This document shows positions 16,803 through 25,781 of a DNA stretch of 33,710 nt, one piece after another. The stretch comes from an archaeon (GTDB lineage Archaea > B1Sed10-29 > WALL01). Made by a program: the position numbers and the translations under genes. The DNA lies in the NCBI GenBank assembly GCA_042584585.1, contig JBHOSQ010000012.1, forward strand, positions 1 to 33,710. Direction: 5' to 3'. Numbering within the stretch: position 1 is the stretch's first letter; the number at the start of each line of letters is the position of its first letter. The notes beneath the pieces are model-generated. The model was not told the origin of the DNA. It ran no database searches and saw only the letters and a program-made list of their open reading frames with translations.

Positions 16803-17779
16803 CGATGCCAAAAGAAACAGGACTCAGCATTTACCGGAAGATGCTGACAATCCGCCGCTTCGAAGAGCAAATTGCAGAAGGCTGCAAAGAAAAGAAAGTG
16901 ATTTGCCCCGCCCACCTTTACATCGGGCAGGAAGCAGTCGCGTCAGCAGTGTGCGAGCAGCTGAACAAAGAAGATTACGTGTTCGGAACACACCGCGCGC
17001 ACGGGTGCTACCTCGCCAAGGGCGGCGACCTTAACAAAATAGCTGCCGAGCTGTACGGCAAGGTGACCGGTTGCTCCCGCGGACGGGGAGGGTCAATGCA
17101 CGTCGTGGCCCCGGAAATCGGAGTGCTCGGCACGTCCGCAATAGTTGCTGGCACGATTCCACTGGGGGTCGGCGCAGCACTTGCCGCACAAATCAGAAAA
17201 GACGGTAGGATATCCGCCATTTTCTTTGGCGACGGCGCGACCGATGAGGGCACGTTCCACGAGAGCCTTAACTTCGCGGCGCTGCGGAAATTGCCGGTCT
17301 TGTTCGTTTGTGAAAATAACAGTTATTCTACTCATCTTCATATTTCATTGAGGCAGCCAAGGCACGACATCTCCCGCTTCGCGGAAGCACAGGCAGTGAC
17401 CTGGCTGCAGGGCGACGGGAACAACGCCGCCGACGTATATGAAAAGACGAAAAAGGCTGTCGAGATGGTGCGCGCGGGCAACGGCCCCGTGTTCCTCGAG
17501 TTCTTCGTGAACAGGTGGCGCGGCCACGTCGGCCCGAACTGGGACTACGACATCGGCTTGCGGTCGAAAGAACAGATTGAGCAGTGGGTCAGGGACTGCC
17601 CCATCGAGCTGTTCGCCAGCTACCTCAAGAACAAGGGGCTCGCGACAGAAGACGAGCTCAAGAAAATTGGCGGGGAAGTCGAGGACAGCATCAAGGAAGC
17701 CATCAAGTTCGCGGAAGACAGCCCGTACCCGGACGCGTCGACCATGGCCGATTATGTGTTCAAGGGGGGGAGCGAGTGA
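16799..17779 (+). CDS. TPP-dependent dehydrogenase E1 alpha-like subunit
   Basis: HLYIGQEA, THRAHG, GRGGSMH, FFGDGA...CENN TPP motif, RWRGH. Confidence 0.9.
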   Translation: MTMPKETGLSIYRKMLTIRRFEEQIAEGCKEKKVICPAHLYIGQEAVASAVCEQLNKEDYVFGTHRAHGCYLAKGGDLNKIAAELYGKVTGCSRGRGGSMHVVAPEIGVLGTSAIVAGTIPLGVGAALAAQIRKDGRISAIFFGDGATDEGTFHESLNFAALRKLPVLFVCENNSYSTHLHISLRQPRHDISRFAEAQAVTWLQGDGNNAADVYEKTKKAVEMVRAGNGPVFLEFFVNRWRGHVGPNWDYDIGLRSKEQIEQWVRDCPIELFASYLKNKGLATEDELKKIGGEVEDSIKEAIKFAEDSPYPDASTMADYVFKGGSE

Positions 17780-18747
17780 GGAACATCCGGTACGCCGACG
17801 CAATCAACGAGGCGCACCGCCAGATGCTCGAGGAGTACACGGACTCGCTTTTGATTGGCCAGGGGCTTGACAGCCCGTGGAGCGTCGGGACGAGCACGCT
17901 TGGATTAACTGAGAAGTTCGAGGACAGGGTTATTGACACTCCGATTGCGGAAAACGGGATTACCGGCGTTGCAGTCGGCGCAGCCTTGGCGGGAATCCGT
18001 GCGGTCGTGGTGCACCCAAGGATGGACTTCATGTACCTCGCAATGGACCAAATCCTCAACCACGCGGCGAACTGGTACTACATGTTCGGCGGAATGGTGA
18101 ATTGCCCCGTCACGGTGAGGGGGATAATCAACCGCGGGAACGAGCAGGCCGCGCAGCACTCGCAGAGCCTGCAGTCAATGTTCATGCACGTGCCGGGATT
18201 GAAAGTCGTTATGCCGAGCACGCCGTACGACGCGAAGGGGCTTTTGATTGCGTGCGTGCGGGACCCAAACCCCACGCTTTACATCGACGACAGGTGGCTG
18301 TACAGCCACGAGGCTGACGTGCCGGAAGAGCCATACGAAGTTCCGATTGGCAAAGGGGTTGTCCGCAGGGAGGGGAGTGACGTGTCCATTGTGTCAATGT
18401 CGTTCATGGCGACCGAGGCCGAGAAAGCGGCGGCAGAGCTCGCTAAGAACGGGGTGAGTGCGGAAGTGATTGACTTGCGTTCGCTGAAGCCCATGGACAA
18501 AGAGATTATACTCAAGTCGGTGAAGAAGACTGGGCGATTGGTTGTTGCGGATGGTGTTTGGAAGACCGGTGGAGTTGGCGCGGAAGTCGCGGCAGTCGTC
18601 GCGGAAAGCGACGTGGTGAAATCGCTTGAGGCTCCAATCCAGCGCGTGTCATTGCCGGACACGCCGACTCCGTCGAGCACCCCACTCGAGAACGAGTTTT
18701 TCAAGACTTCGGAAGACATAATCAAAGCAGTAAACAAGGTAATGTGA
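17776..18747 (+). CDS. TPP-dependent dehydrogenase E1 beta-like (transketolase C-terminal) subunit
   Basis: DTPIAENG, DQILNHAA, AAQHSQ, VPGLKVVMPSTPYDAKG, IDLRSLKPMD. GTG 17776 overlaps the alpha stop. Confidence 0.9.
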   Translation: MRNIRYADAINEAHRQMLEEYTDSLLIGQGLDSPWSVGTSTLGLTEKFEDRVIDTPIAENGITGVAVGAALAGIRAVVVHPRMDFMYLAMDQILNHAANWYYMFGGMVNCPVTVRGIINRGNEQAAQHSQSLQSMFMHVPGLKVVMPSTPYDAKGLLIACVRDPNPTLYIDDRWLYSHEADVPEEPYEVPIGKGVVRREGSDVSIVSMSFMATEAEKAAAELAKNGVSAEVIDLRSLKPMDKEIILKSVKKTGRLVVADGVWKTGGVGAEVAAVVAESDVVKSLEAPIQRVSLPDTPTPSSTPLENEFFKTSEDIIKAVNKVM

Positions 18748-19851
18748 ATGGGATACAAGGTCAGGTTTGTTGGATTTCCGCAACAGTACGAGGCGCTGAA
18801 GGGCGAGTTGAACGCCGAGTTCGAGAGCGTGATGAGCCGTGGGCAGTTCATAATGCGGGAAGAGATGGAAGAGTTCGAGGAAAGCATTGCCAAGTATGTC
18901 GGCGTGAAGCACGCGCTTAGCGTGAACAGCGGGACCGACGCGCTTTACCTGTCGGCAATCGCCGCGGGGTTGGGGCAAGGCGACGAGGCGATTACTGTGT
19001 CACATACTTTTGCGGCCACCATCGGGGCGATAGCCAACCAGGGGGCGACACCAGTCCTCGTGGACATCGCCGATGATTACAACATGGATGTGGACCTGCT
19101 TGAGAAGGCAATCACTTCGAAGACGAAAGTGATTCTCCCTGTGCACTTGAACGGGCACATGTGCGAGATGGACAGGATAATGGAGCTCGCCGAGGAAAAG
19201 AACTTGGTCGTGATTGAGGACGCGGCGCAGGCTCTGGGCGCAGAGTTCAATGGGAAGAAGGCGGCGTCTTATGGCTTGTCAGGGATATTCAGTTTTTACC
19301 CGGCCAAGATGCTTGGCGCGGCAGGCGACGGCGGTATTGTGACTACTAACGACGACGAGTTCGCGAAAAAAATCAGGGCGCTGCGTGACAACGGGCGCAT
19401 TGACGACGTGAAAGTCATTAATTGCTACGGCTACTGCAGCCGGCTAGACAACTTGCAGGCGGCGCTGCTGAACGTGAAGCTGAAGCACTTCCCGCAATGG
19501 GTCGAGAAGAGGCGGGAAATCGCAAAGAAGTATGACGACGAGCTTGCGGGATTGGAGGGGATTACGCCGCACCCACGCGCGGATGACCGGTTCTTTGACG
19601 TTTACCAGAACTATGTGATTCGCTCGACGAAGAGGGATGAACTGCACGAATTTCTGAAAGCCGATGGCGTGGAAACCATGGTGTCGTGGTGGGTCCCGAC
19701 ACACAAGCAGGAAGCTTTGGGCTTGGGGCACTTTGACTTGCCGAAGACCGAGCAGATTTCGCGCGAGGTGCTGTCGCTCCCGATGTTCCCGGAGATGACT
19801 GACGAGGAAGTCGATTACGTTATAGGCGCGGTGAAGAAGTTCAAAGCCTGA
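18748..19851 (+). CDS. DegT-family PLP aminotransferase 2
   Basis: NSGTDAL, EDAAQALGA, SFYPAKMLGAAGDGG, SRLDNLQAA. Confidence 0.92.
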   Translation: MGYKVRFVGFPQQYEALKGELNAEFESVMSRGQFIMREEMEEFEESIAKYVGVKHALSVNSGTDALYLSAIAAGLGQGDEAITVSHTFAATIGAIANQGATPVLVDIADDYNMDVDLLEKAITSKTKVILPVHLNGHMCEMDRIMELAEEKNLVVIEDAAQALGAEFNGKKAASYGLSGIFSFYPAKMLGAAGDGGIVTTNDDEFAKKIRALRDNGRIDDVKVINCYGYCSRLDNLQAALLNVKLKHFPQWVEKRREIAKKYDDELAGLEGITPHPRADDRFFDVYQNYVIRSTKRDELHEFLKADGVETMVSWWVPTHKQEALGLGHFDLPKTEQISREVLSLPMFPEMTDEEVDYVIGAVKKFKA

Positions 19852-21301
19852 ATCGTTCTAGTACAAATGCCTTCACGTCGGATAGGGCGCCAGTCTGTTT
19901 TTCGCCGAGGTACGCCAATGGAGCCAATAGTATGAGCGATAGCGCCAAACGCTGGGCGGTGAGGATTATACCGATACCGTCGCCGATGACCAAAGTAGTA
20001 ACTGTAATAGCGGCAGCCAGCCACAGGAAAGGGAAAAACAGGTTGGCCAGATATTTCGCCGCGCTTTTTTCTGGATAAGTCGATATCGAGGAAAATGATG
20101 TGATGGCGGCAAGGATGAAGTAGCTGACCAATGTGCCAAAGGCGACTCCCTCAATGCCGTACCCGTTGGTGACCATGAAATAGTTGATTACGATGTTTGT
20201 CGCTAGGGCGATGGCGATGCCCACCATGGCGACTTTTTCTTTTCTGATTGCGATGAGGAAATTCCCAGGGGAGAAGTAAAGGGAGTAGAAGAATGCTCCG
20301 AGAACAAGGATTCGCATCGCGTCGATGCCGGGGATGTAGGCGGGTGCGATAAAGCGGATTGCTAGGGGTGCGGTCATGTAGACCGCTGCTATGAAGAAGG
20401 GCATCAAGTAGGCAAGGAAGAGGTTAGGCAAAACGGCGTGTTTTTTCACGCCGGAACTGGAGCCGGTCTCGCCGAGGCGCTTGAGGGTTCGCTGGTAAAC
20501 CACGTCCACGAAGGACGAGGGGATGAAGTAAAGGAAGGATATCACCACGATGCCCACGGTGTAGTAGCCAACTTGTTCCATGTTAAGGAATCCCGCGATT
20601 ATGACTTTGTCAATGGTGCGGAGTGCAACAAGTGAAGAGCTGAGGAAGAACAGTGGCAACCCCACTTTAATGAGCCGTTTTGCTTCCTTAAAGTCAAGCC
20701 GGAGGGTGAACCCTACGCCATGCCACTTCTTTAGATAGATGATAACGACAAGGTATGACACCAACAGCGCGGCTATTGCACCCCAGAGGCCAAAGGGAAA
20801 AATGAAAGCGAGGGTAAGGACAAAAGTCAAAACACCGAGAAGTGTGATTCCTTTGCTGACTCCAGAGAAGTCTCCTTGCGAGCGCATGAGGACTGTGAGT
20901 GCAGAGTACAGCTGGAGAAGGATTGCGCCGAGGGCTATTGCCCATGAGGTCGTGACGAGCAGTTCGGGCAGCTCAAAGACAAGCGAGCCGATGATCACTG
21001 CAATTGCAAAGGCCGCTGAGAAAAGGAGCATGGTGGAGAAGGCAACGTCCCTGACAAAATCGGCTTTTTTGGTGTCGCCTTTGCCGATGAGGAAAGCGCT
21101 TTCTCGCATGAGTGCGCTCCTCAGGCCGATGTGAGACATCTCCCCCCAATTAAGTATTACGTGGAGGGTGCTCCAGACGCCATACATGCCTGGGCCAAGA
21201 ACGTTGGCGACGATGATGCCCCGGATCATCATGAGGATGTTGTTGACTAACATGCTGGTGCCATACTTCGAGGTATCCGCGATAAGATCTTTCCTACTCA
21301 T
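19841..21301 (-). CDS. Wzx/MOP-family oligosaccharide flippase
   Basis: About 12-14 hydrophobic segments; LGP..YG, DKVIIAGFL..EQVGYY, YGIEGVAFGT. Confidence 0.88.
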   Translation of the reverse strand: MSRKDLIADTSKYGTSMLVNNILMMIRGIIVANVLGPGMYGVWSTLHVILNWGEMSHIGLRSALMRESAFLIGKGDTKKADFVRDVAFSTMLLFSAAFAIAVIIGSLVFELPELLVTTSWAIALGAILLQLYSALTVLMRSQGDFSGVSKGITLLGVLTFVLTLAFIFPFGLWGAIAALLVSYLVVIIYLKKWHGVGFTLRLDFKEAKRLIKVGLPLFFLSSSLVALRTIDKVIIAGFLNMEQVGYYTVGIVVISFLYFIPSSFVDVVYQRTLKRLGETGSSSGVKKHAVLPNLFLAYLMPFFIAAVYMTAPLAIRFIAPAYIPGIDAMRILVLGAFFYSLYFSPGNFLIAIRKEKVAMVGIAIALATNIVINYFMVTNGYGIEGVAFGTLVSYFILAAITSFSSISTYPEKSAAKYLANLFFPFLWLAAAITVTTLVIGDGIGIILTAQRLALSLILLAPLAYLGEKQTGALSDVKAFVLERFRL

Positions 21302-21316
21302 TCCTAAAAGGCCCCG

Positions 21317-22777
21317 TTACTTCAATGCGCTGACGTCGTACAGCAAGAAGTTTTCTGTCTCCATTAGCTTCCTGACTTTTTTGGAGTTTGCGAGTGTGGT
21401 TATCTTCTTAATTTCATCGTATGACTTCGCGGCAAGTATGTAATCAAGCTGGTACTTGGAGATGATGCTCCTGAGGGGCATAGTGAGGACGGGGTAAAAC
21501 TCCGCCAAGCCCATGCTATCCGCCGCACTCATCTGCTCAACTATGTTTTTGTCTGCGGAGTATAACGCAACACGCATGAGAGCATAAGGGAATGCGATTA
21601 CGTTCTTCCCCTTGAGCCCCTTGAGCTTGCGCATGACTTTTTTCAGCTCGCTGCCGAAGACCAGTTGCTTTGAGCGTGCCAGCTGGCGGCTTTGGCTAAT
21701 CAATACTGCCACAATGCTCACGGCGAATCCCAAGGCAAGCAACGCAGTCATCAGCAGGGAATCCAAAAAGAAATAAAAATGGAAGTATGCGGCAAGCAGC
21801 GCGATGGGGAATGCATTGAATTGTAGATATCGCTCACCCTCGCCAAAGCACATAAGTGGTTTTACTGTTGACGTGAAAAGCGCGAAAGCCCAAGTTGCTG
21901 TAACCCAAAATACGAAAAGCCAAATCAACTGAGAAAGCGCTATGCCCAAGTAAAGGACTGCTGCAAGCTGGACGGCAAGCACGACTATGAACGGGTTGTA
22001 AAAGAACAGTTTGGCCACAAGTAAGCGGATGTCCTGCTTCTTGGCGCCGTATCTAGGGCGGTTAAACCAGAAGCGAATCATTGTTAGATGGCCCTTGAAG
22101 AGGCGAAGGTAGTAACCCTTCGTCACCACTGCTGTAAACACTGCAAGAGCGGGGACAGAGAGCAGGATTAATGGATTTTGTAGGAACACCCCGAAGAGAA
22201 GGACGGTGAAATACAGGGTTTGGGTTGTCATCTTGTGTGTCAGTAAAATTAGGCTGCCAAAAGCAAAAAAGGCGGCAAAGAAAACCAAGTCCCCATAGAG
22301 CGCAAACCAAATGAGCGAAACCATCGCGAACGAAAGTAAGAATGCGCCAAGAACCCGCTCTGTGAGGGTGCCTGCCTGGGAAACGGTGAGCGGTGTGACC
22401 GCGTACACCGCTGCCGCAACGAGTGCGAGCAATGAGTTGGCCGTCAGGACTGCAGTCACGAGAAAAAGCGCTAGCACGTGTAGTACATCAATGAACGGCG
22501 AAATCAGGTACATGAACTGCTTTAGCTGCCTGTCACTCAAAAGCGACAAAAACTTGTAGAAAACTGGAGGGAAATCGAGCCTGGAACCATCTGAACGGAT
22601 AAGCATCCGCTCGTCCCGGTCAGGAAAACCGCCGTGCATCCTGAACAAGCCAGAACGGTGTAGGTGAATGAACACGTCTGAGCCAAATGGCTGTCGGCCG
22701 AGGTGTATCCTAACCCGAAGGTAAAAAGCCACGGCAGAGACAACAAAAAGCGCTGCAATAAGGGCTATAACCAACAT
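21317..22777 (-). CDS. Multi-pass membrane protein, GT-C-like (AglB/PMT-type N-terminal signature)
   Basis: First TM followed by GSDVFIH...P.RD...DFPP; about 11 TM helices; GEGERYL; small soluble C-terminal domain. Confidence 0.6.
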   Translation of the reverse strand: MLVIALIAALFVVSAVAFYLRVRIHLGRQPFGSDVFIHLHRSGLFRMHGGFPDRDERMLIRSDGSRLDFPPVFYKFLSLLSDRQLKQFMYLISPFIDVLHVLALFLVTAVLTANSLLALVAAAVYAVTPLTVSQAGTLTERVLGAFLLSFAMVSLIWFALYGDLVFFAAFFAFGSLILLTHKMTTQTLYFTVLLFGVFLQNPLILLSVPALAVFTAVVTKGYYLRLFKGHLTMIRFWFNRPRYGAKKQDIRLLVAKLFFYNPFIVVLAVQLAAVLYLGIALSQLIWLFVFWVTATWAFALFTSTVKPLMCFGEGERYLQFNAFPIALLAAYFHFYFFLDSLLMTALLALGFAVSIVAVLISQSRQLARSKQLVFGSELKKVMRKLKGLKGKNVIAFPYALMRVALYSADKNIVEQMSAADSMGLAEFYPVLTMPLRSIISKYQLDYILAAKSYDEIKKITTLANSKKVRKLMETENFLLYDVSALK

Positions 22778-22816
22778 GCTAACACACCAAAAACCAAGTT
22801 CATTACGGCAATGAGA

Positions 22817-22884
22817 CTATATAAAACAAAAGGGGGGAACCCAAAAACATGAGGTATTTTTAAATAAAAGCGTCAAATATATAG
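22817..22884. promoter_or_regulatory. Divergent promoter region with several TATA-like boxes
   Basis: CTATATAAAA, TTTTTAAATA and AAATATATAG between divergent genes; AGGTG RBS at 22901-22905. Confidence 0.5.
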
Positions 22885-22912
22885 TTCCGAACTAACTAGC
22901 AGGTGCTTTGAT

Positions 22913-24022
22913 TTGATACCCCTTGTGCGGCCTTATTTTGACGAGGCTGAGGCAAAAGCAGTGGAAGAAACACTGAAATCGGGTTGGGTTGCGGGCCAAG
23001 GGCCAAGATGCAGGGAGCTAGAAGAAAAGTTCTCGGCATACAATGGCTCGAAATTCGCGATTACGGTCAACAACTGTACTGCGGCACTTCATCTCTCCCT
23101 GCTGGCTCACGGAGTCAAAAAAGGCGACGAGGTCATCGTTGCGGACTATACCTATCCCGCCACTGGCCATGCAGTCATGTACTGTGGAGCGACGCCAGTA
23201 TTCACGGACGTTGACGCTAGGACTTACAACATTAACCCTGAAGAAATAAAGAAGAACATAACAGAAAAAACGGTTGGAATAATCCCAGTTCACACGTTCG
23301 GCCAGCCCGCGGACATGGACCCAATCATGGAAATCGCGAGGGAAAAAGGTCTGTTTGTCGTGGAGGACGCGGCATGCGCGGCTGGTGCTGAATACAAAGG
23401 CAAAAAAGCAGGCTCCATGGGGGACGTGGGCTGCTTCTCGATGCACGCACGGAAAAACATGAGCACGGGTGAGGGCGGGCTTATTACAACCGACAACGAA
23501 AAGCTTATGGGAAAAATGCGCTCACTCTCGTGCTTCGGGATAGAGTCCGCGCACAAGCGTGCGTCCGGGGGCTTCAGCGTGCCCATGTTTACTGAACTGG
23601 GATACAACTACAAACTCAGCGACATCGCCGCGTCAATAGGGATTTGGCAGCTGGCCAAGCTTGACACAATAATCACACGCAGACGGGAGCTCGTCAAGAC
23701 GTATCTTGCTGGGCTGGAAGGCATCAAGGGTATAACCCCTCCGTTCGAAAGCCAGGACGGGAAGCACATATACCAAAGCTTTGTGTGCCTCGTCGACAAA
23801 GAAGTCAACCGGAACGAAGTTATAACCAAACTTCGTGAGAATGGGGTGGAGGCACAGATAGGAACGTACTCGTGCCACATCCAGCCAGTCTATAACTCTT
23901 CATATAAGTGTCCGGTGTCCGAAGACGTATTCAACAGGGCAATTGCATTGCCGATGTACTACGGCTTGAAGGACAGTGAAGTTGATTACGTTATTGAAAA
24001 GGTAGGAACGGTGCTCGAATGA
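22913..24022 (+). CDS. DegT-family PLP aminotransferase 3 (perosamine synthase/PglE-like)
   Basis: NNCTAALH, EDAACAAGA, FSMHARKNMSTGEGG, GYNYKLSD. TTG start after AGGTG. Confidence 0.9.
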   Translation: MIPLVRPYFDEAEAKAVEETLKSGWVAGQGPRCRELEEKFSAYNGSKFAITVNNCTAALHLSLLAHGVKKGDEVIVADYTYPATGHAVMYCGATPVFTDVDARTYNINPEEIKKNITEKTVGIIPVHTFGQPADMDPIMEIAREKGLFVVEDAACAAGAEYKGKKAGSMGDVGCFSMHARKNMSTGEGGLITTDNEKLMGKMRSLSCFGIESAHKRASGGFSVPMFTELGYNYKLSDIAASIGIWQLAKLDTIITRRRELVKTYLAGLEGIKGITPPFESQDGKHIYQSFVCLVDKEVNRNEVITKLRENGVEAQIGTYSCHIQPVYNSSYKCPVSEDVFNRAIALPMYYGLKDSEVDYVIEKVGTVLE

Positions 24023-24828
24023 AAGAACTCCTCGTGCTTGGGCTTGATGGCCTGGAATACGACAAAGTAATGGAGCTTGACTTAAAGACCTTGAAGCAAG
24101 CTGAATTTGGGAAGCTGGAGGTTCCAATACACAAAGTGTCGCAGCAGCCGCTTACGCCTCAAGTCTGGTACGCATTCCTCACAGGGAAAGTGAAGGACAT
24201 TGATTTCGTGCACAAGAGTAAGTCCATTTCATTGCTCCGGTGGCTGCGAGCCAGAGTGCCAATCTCACTGGGGTTGGGTAAGGTGGTCGCAAAGCACGTT
24301 GACACGACTGGCTACCTGCCGGAGTTGAAGGAAAAAACGTTTATAGAAACCCACGGAATTGAGCAGATAAACGCACCATACTACGACGAGGACTTTGTGG
24401 AGTCCCAAAAAAATGGGGCGAAATGGCTCAACGGCGAGATGAGCGAAGATGAATTCAAAGGCACAATTGAGAGTAAGTACGCAGAGGTCAAACAAAAGAT
24501 AGCCTCAAACAAAGCCAACAAGCTGTTCGCTTACATCAAGATATTTGACACGGCACAGCACTGTTTCTACACTGACGCTGATTACATCAACAAATTGTAC
24601 CGTGATGTGGATTCTTTTGTTTCCATGGCGGCAAAAGGGTACTCCAAGTGCCTGATACTGTCTGACCACGGGCTCAAAGGCGGGGAACACACCAATTATG
24701 GTTTTTACTCGTGCAGCGAAACGACCGGGCTGAAGGAACCAAGTGTTGTTGACCTGCATTATTACGTCACGGGAGAACCAAACAAAGAGGAAATAAAAAA
24801 GAGGCTTCAGGGCCTTGGGTATATGTAG
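24019..24828 (+). CDS. Alkaline phosphatase-superfamily protein (NPP/phosphodiesterase-like)
   Basis: VLGLDG, LTP.VW..FLTG, FDTAQH, LSDHG, GEH metal-site motifs; C-terminal EEIKKRLQGLGY. Confidence 0.75.
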   Translation: MKELLVLGLDGLEYDKVMELDLKTLKQAEFGKLEVPIHKVSQQPLTPQVWYAFLTGKVKDIDFVHKSKSISLLRWLRARVPISLGLGKVVAKHVDTTGYLPELKEKTFIETHGIEQINAPYYDEDFVESQKNGAKWLNGEMSEDEFKGTIESKYAEVKQKIASNKANKLFAYIKIFDTAQHCFYTDADYINKLYRDVDSFVSMAAKGYSKCLILSDHGLKGGEHTNYGFYSCSETTGLKEPSVVDLHYYVTGEPNKEEIKKRLQGLGYM

Positions 24829-24836
24829 TGATTAAA

Positions 24837-25781
24837 ATGGCGGACGAAAATGTTTTGGTGACTGGAGGGGCAGGATTCATAGGCTCGCACTTGGTCCAGA
24901 GACTGGTGAGCGAGGGCTACAAGGTCCGGGTTCTCGATAATCTGATTAGGTCTACAACGACGAGGATACAGCCATTGATTGACGACGGAAAAGTCGAGTT
25001 CATCGACGGCGACGTGCGCTACGAGGACGCTGTGAACAAAGCGATTGATGGGATAGATTACGTGTTCCACGAGGCCGCAGTCTGCATCAACAGAAGCATT
25101 GCCCACCCTAAGGAATCAATGGACATAAACCTTAATGGCTCGCACAACGTGTTCAGGGCTGCGCTCGACAACGGCGTGAAGCGGGTCGTGTTCGCTTCAT
25201 CGGCATCGGTCTACGGCGCTCCTGAAAAGCTTCCGATGTCCGAGAGTGATGACTTGAAACCCATCACGCCGTACTGCGTCGCAAAGCTGTCGAGCGAGTA
25301 CCTGCTAAAGTTCTTTGCGCGGCAGGGCCTTGAGTACAACGTGCTGAGGTACTTCAACGTCTATGGCGTAGGGCAAAAAACAGACGCGTATTACACGTCG
25401 GTGATAATAAAGTTCATAAAGCGCCTGCTGGCGGGAGAAGCGCCCCTAATAAGCGGAGACGGCTCACAATCCATGGACTTTGTCAACGTGCTGGACATTG
25501 TGGAAGCAAACATGCTTGCGATGAAGAGCGAGACCAAAAACGAGGTCATGAACGTTGGCAGCGGCACATCCGTGTCGATAAAAGAGCTTGCAGACATAAT
25601 CACCAAAGATTTGGGCTTGGACATAGAGCCCGAGTACCTCAAGAGAGAAGTTATTGTCAAGGAGCGGCGCGCAGATGTGTCCAAAATAAAAAAGCTGCTT
25701 GGTTTCGAGCCAAAAGTCTCGATTGACGAAGGGCTCGCGATGCTTGTCGAAGATATAAAGAAAAACCCCCAGCTTTATTGA
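24837..25781 (+). CDS. NAD-dependent epimerase/dehydratase (extended SDR, GalE/WbpP-like)
   Basis: VTGGAGFIGSH, ASSASVYG, YCVAK (YxxxK), RYFNVYG. Alternative GTG start at 24828. Confidence 0.92.
   Translation: MADENVLVTGGAGFIGSHLVQRLVSEGYKVRVLDNLIRSTTTRIQPLIDDGKVEFIDGDVRYEDAVNKAIDGIDYVFHEAAVCINRSIAHPKESMDINLNGSHNVFRAALDNGVKRVVFASSASVYGAPEKLPMSESDDLKPITPYCVAKLSSEYLLKFFARQGLEYNVLRYFNVYGVGQKTDAYYTSVIIKFIKRLLAGEAPLISGDGSQSMDFVNVLDIVEANMLAMKSETKNEVMNVGSGTSVSIKELADIITKDLGLDIEPEYLKREVIVKERRADVSKIKKLLGFEPKVSIDEGLAMLVEDIKKNPQLY

Noticed and set aside
17764-17770. G7 tract as a phase-variation site
   Set aside because: It is short, in frame at the end of E1 alpha, and doubles as the RBS for E1 beta.
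16799-18747. Housekeeping pyruvate dehydrogenase pdhAB
   Set aside because: No E2/E3 or lipoate genes are adjacent and the pair is coupled to glycan genes, so no gene symbol was assigned.
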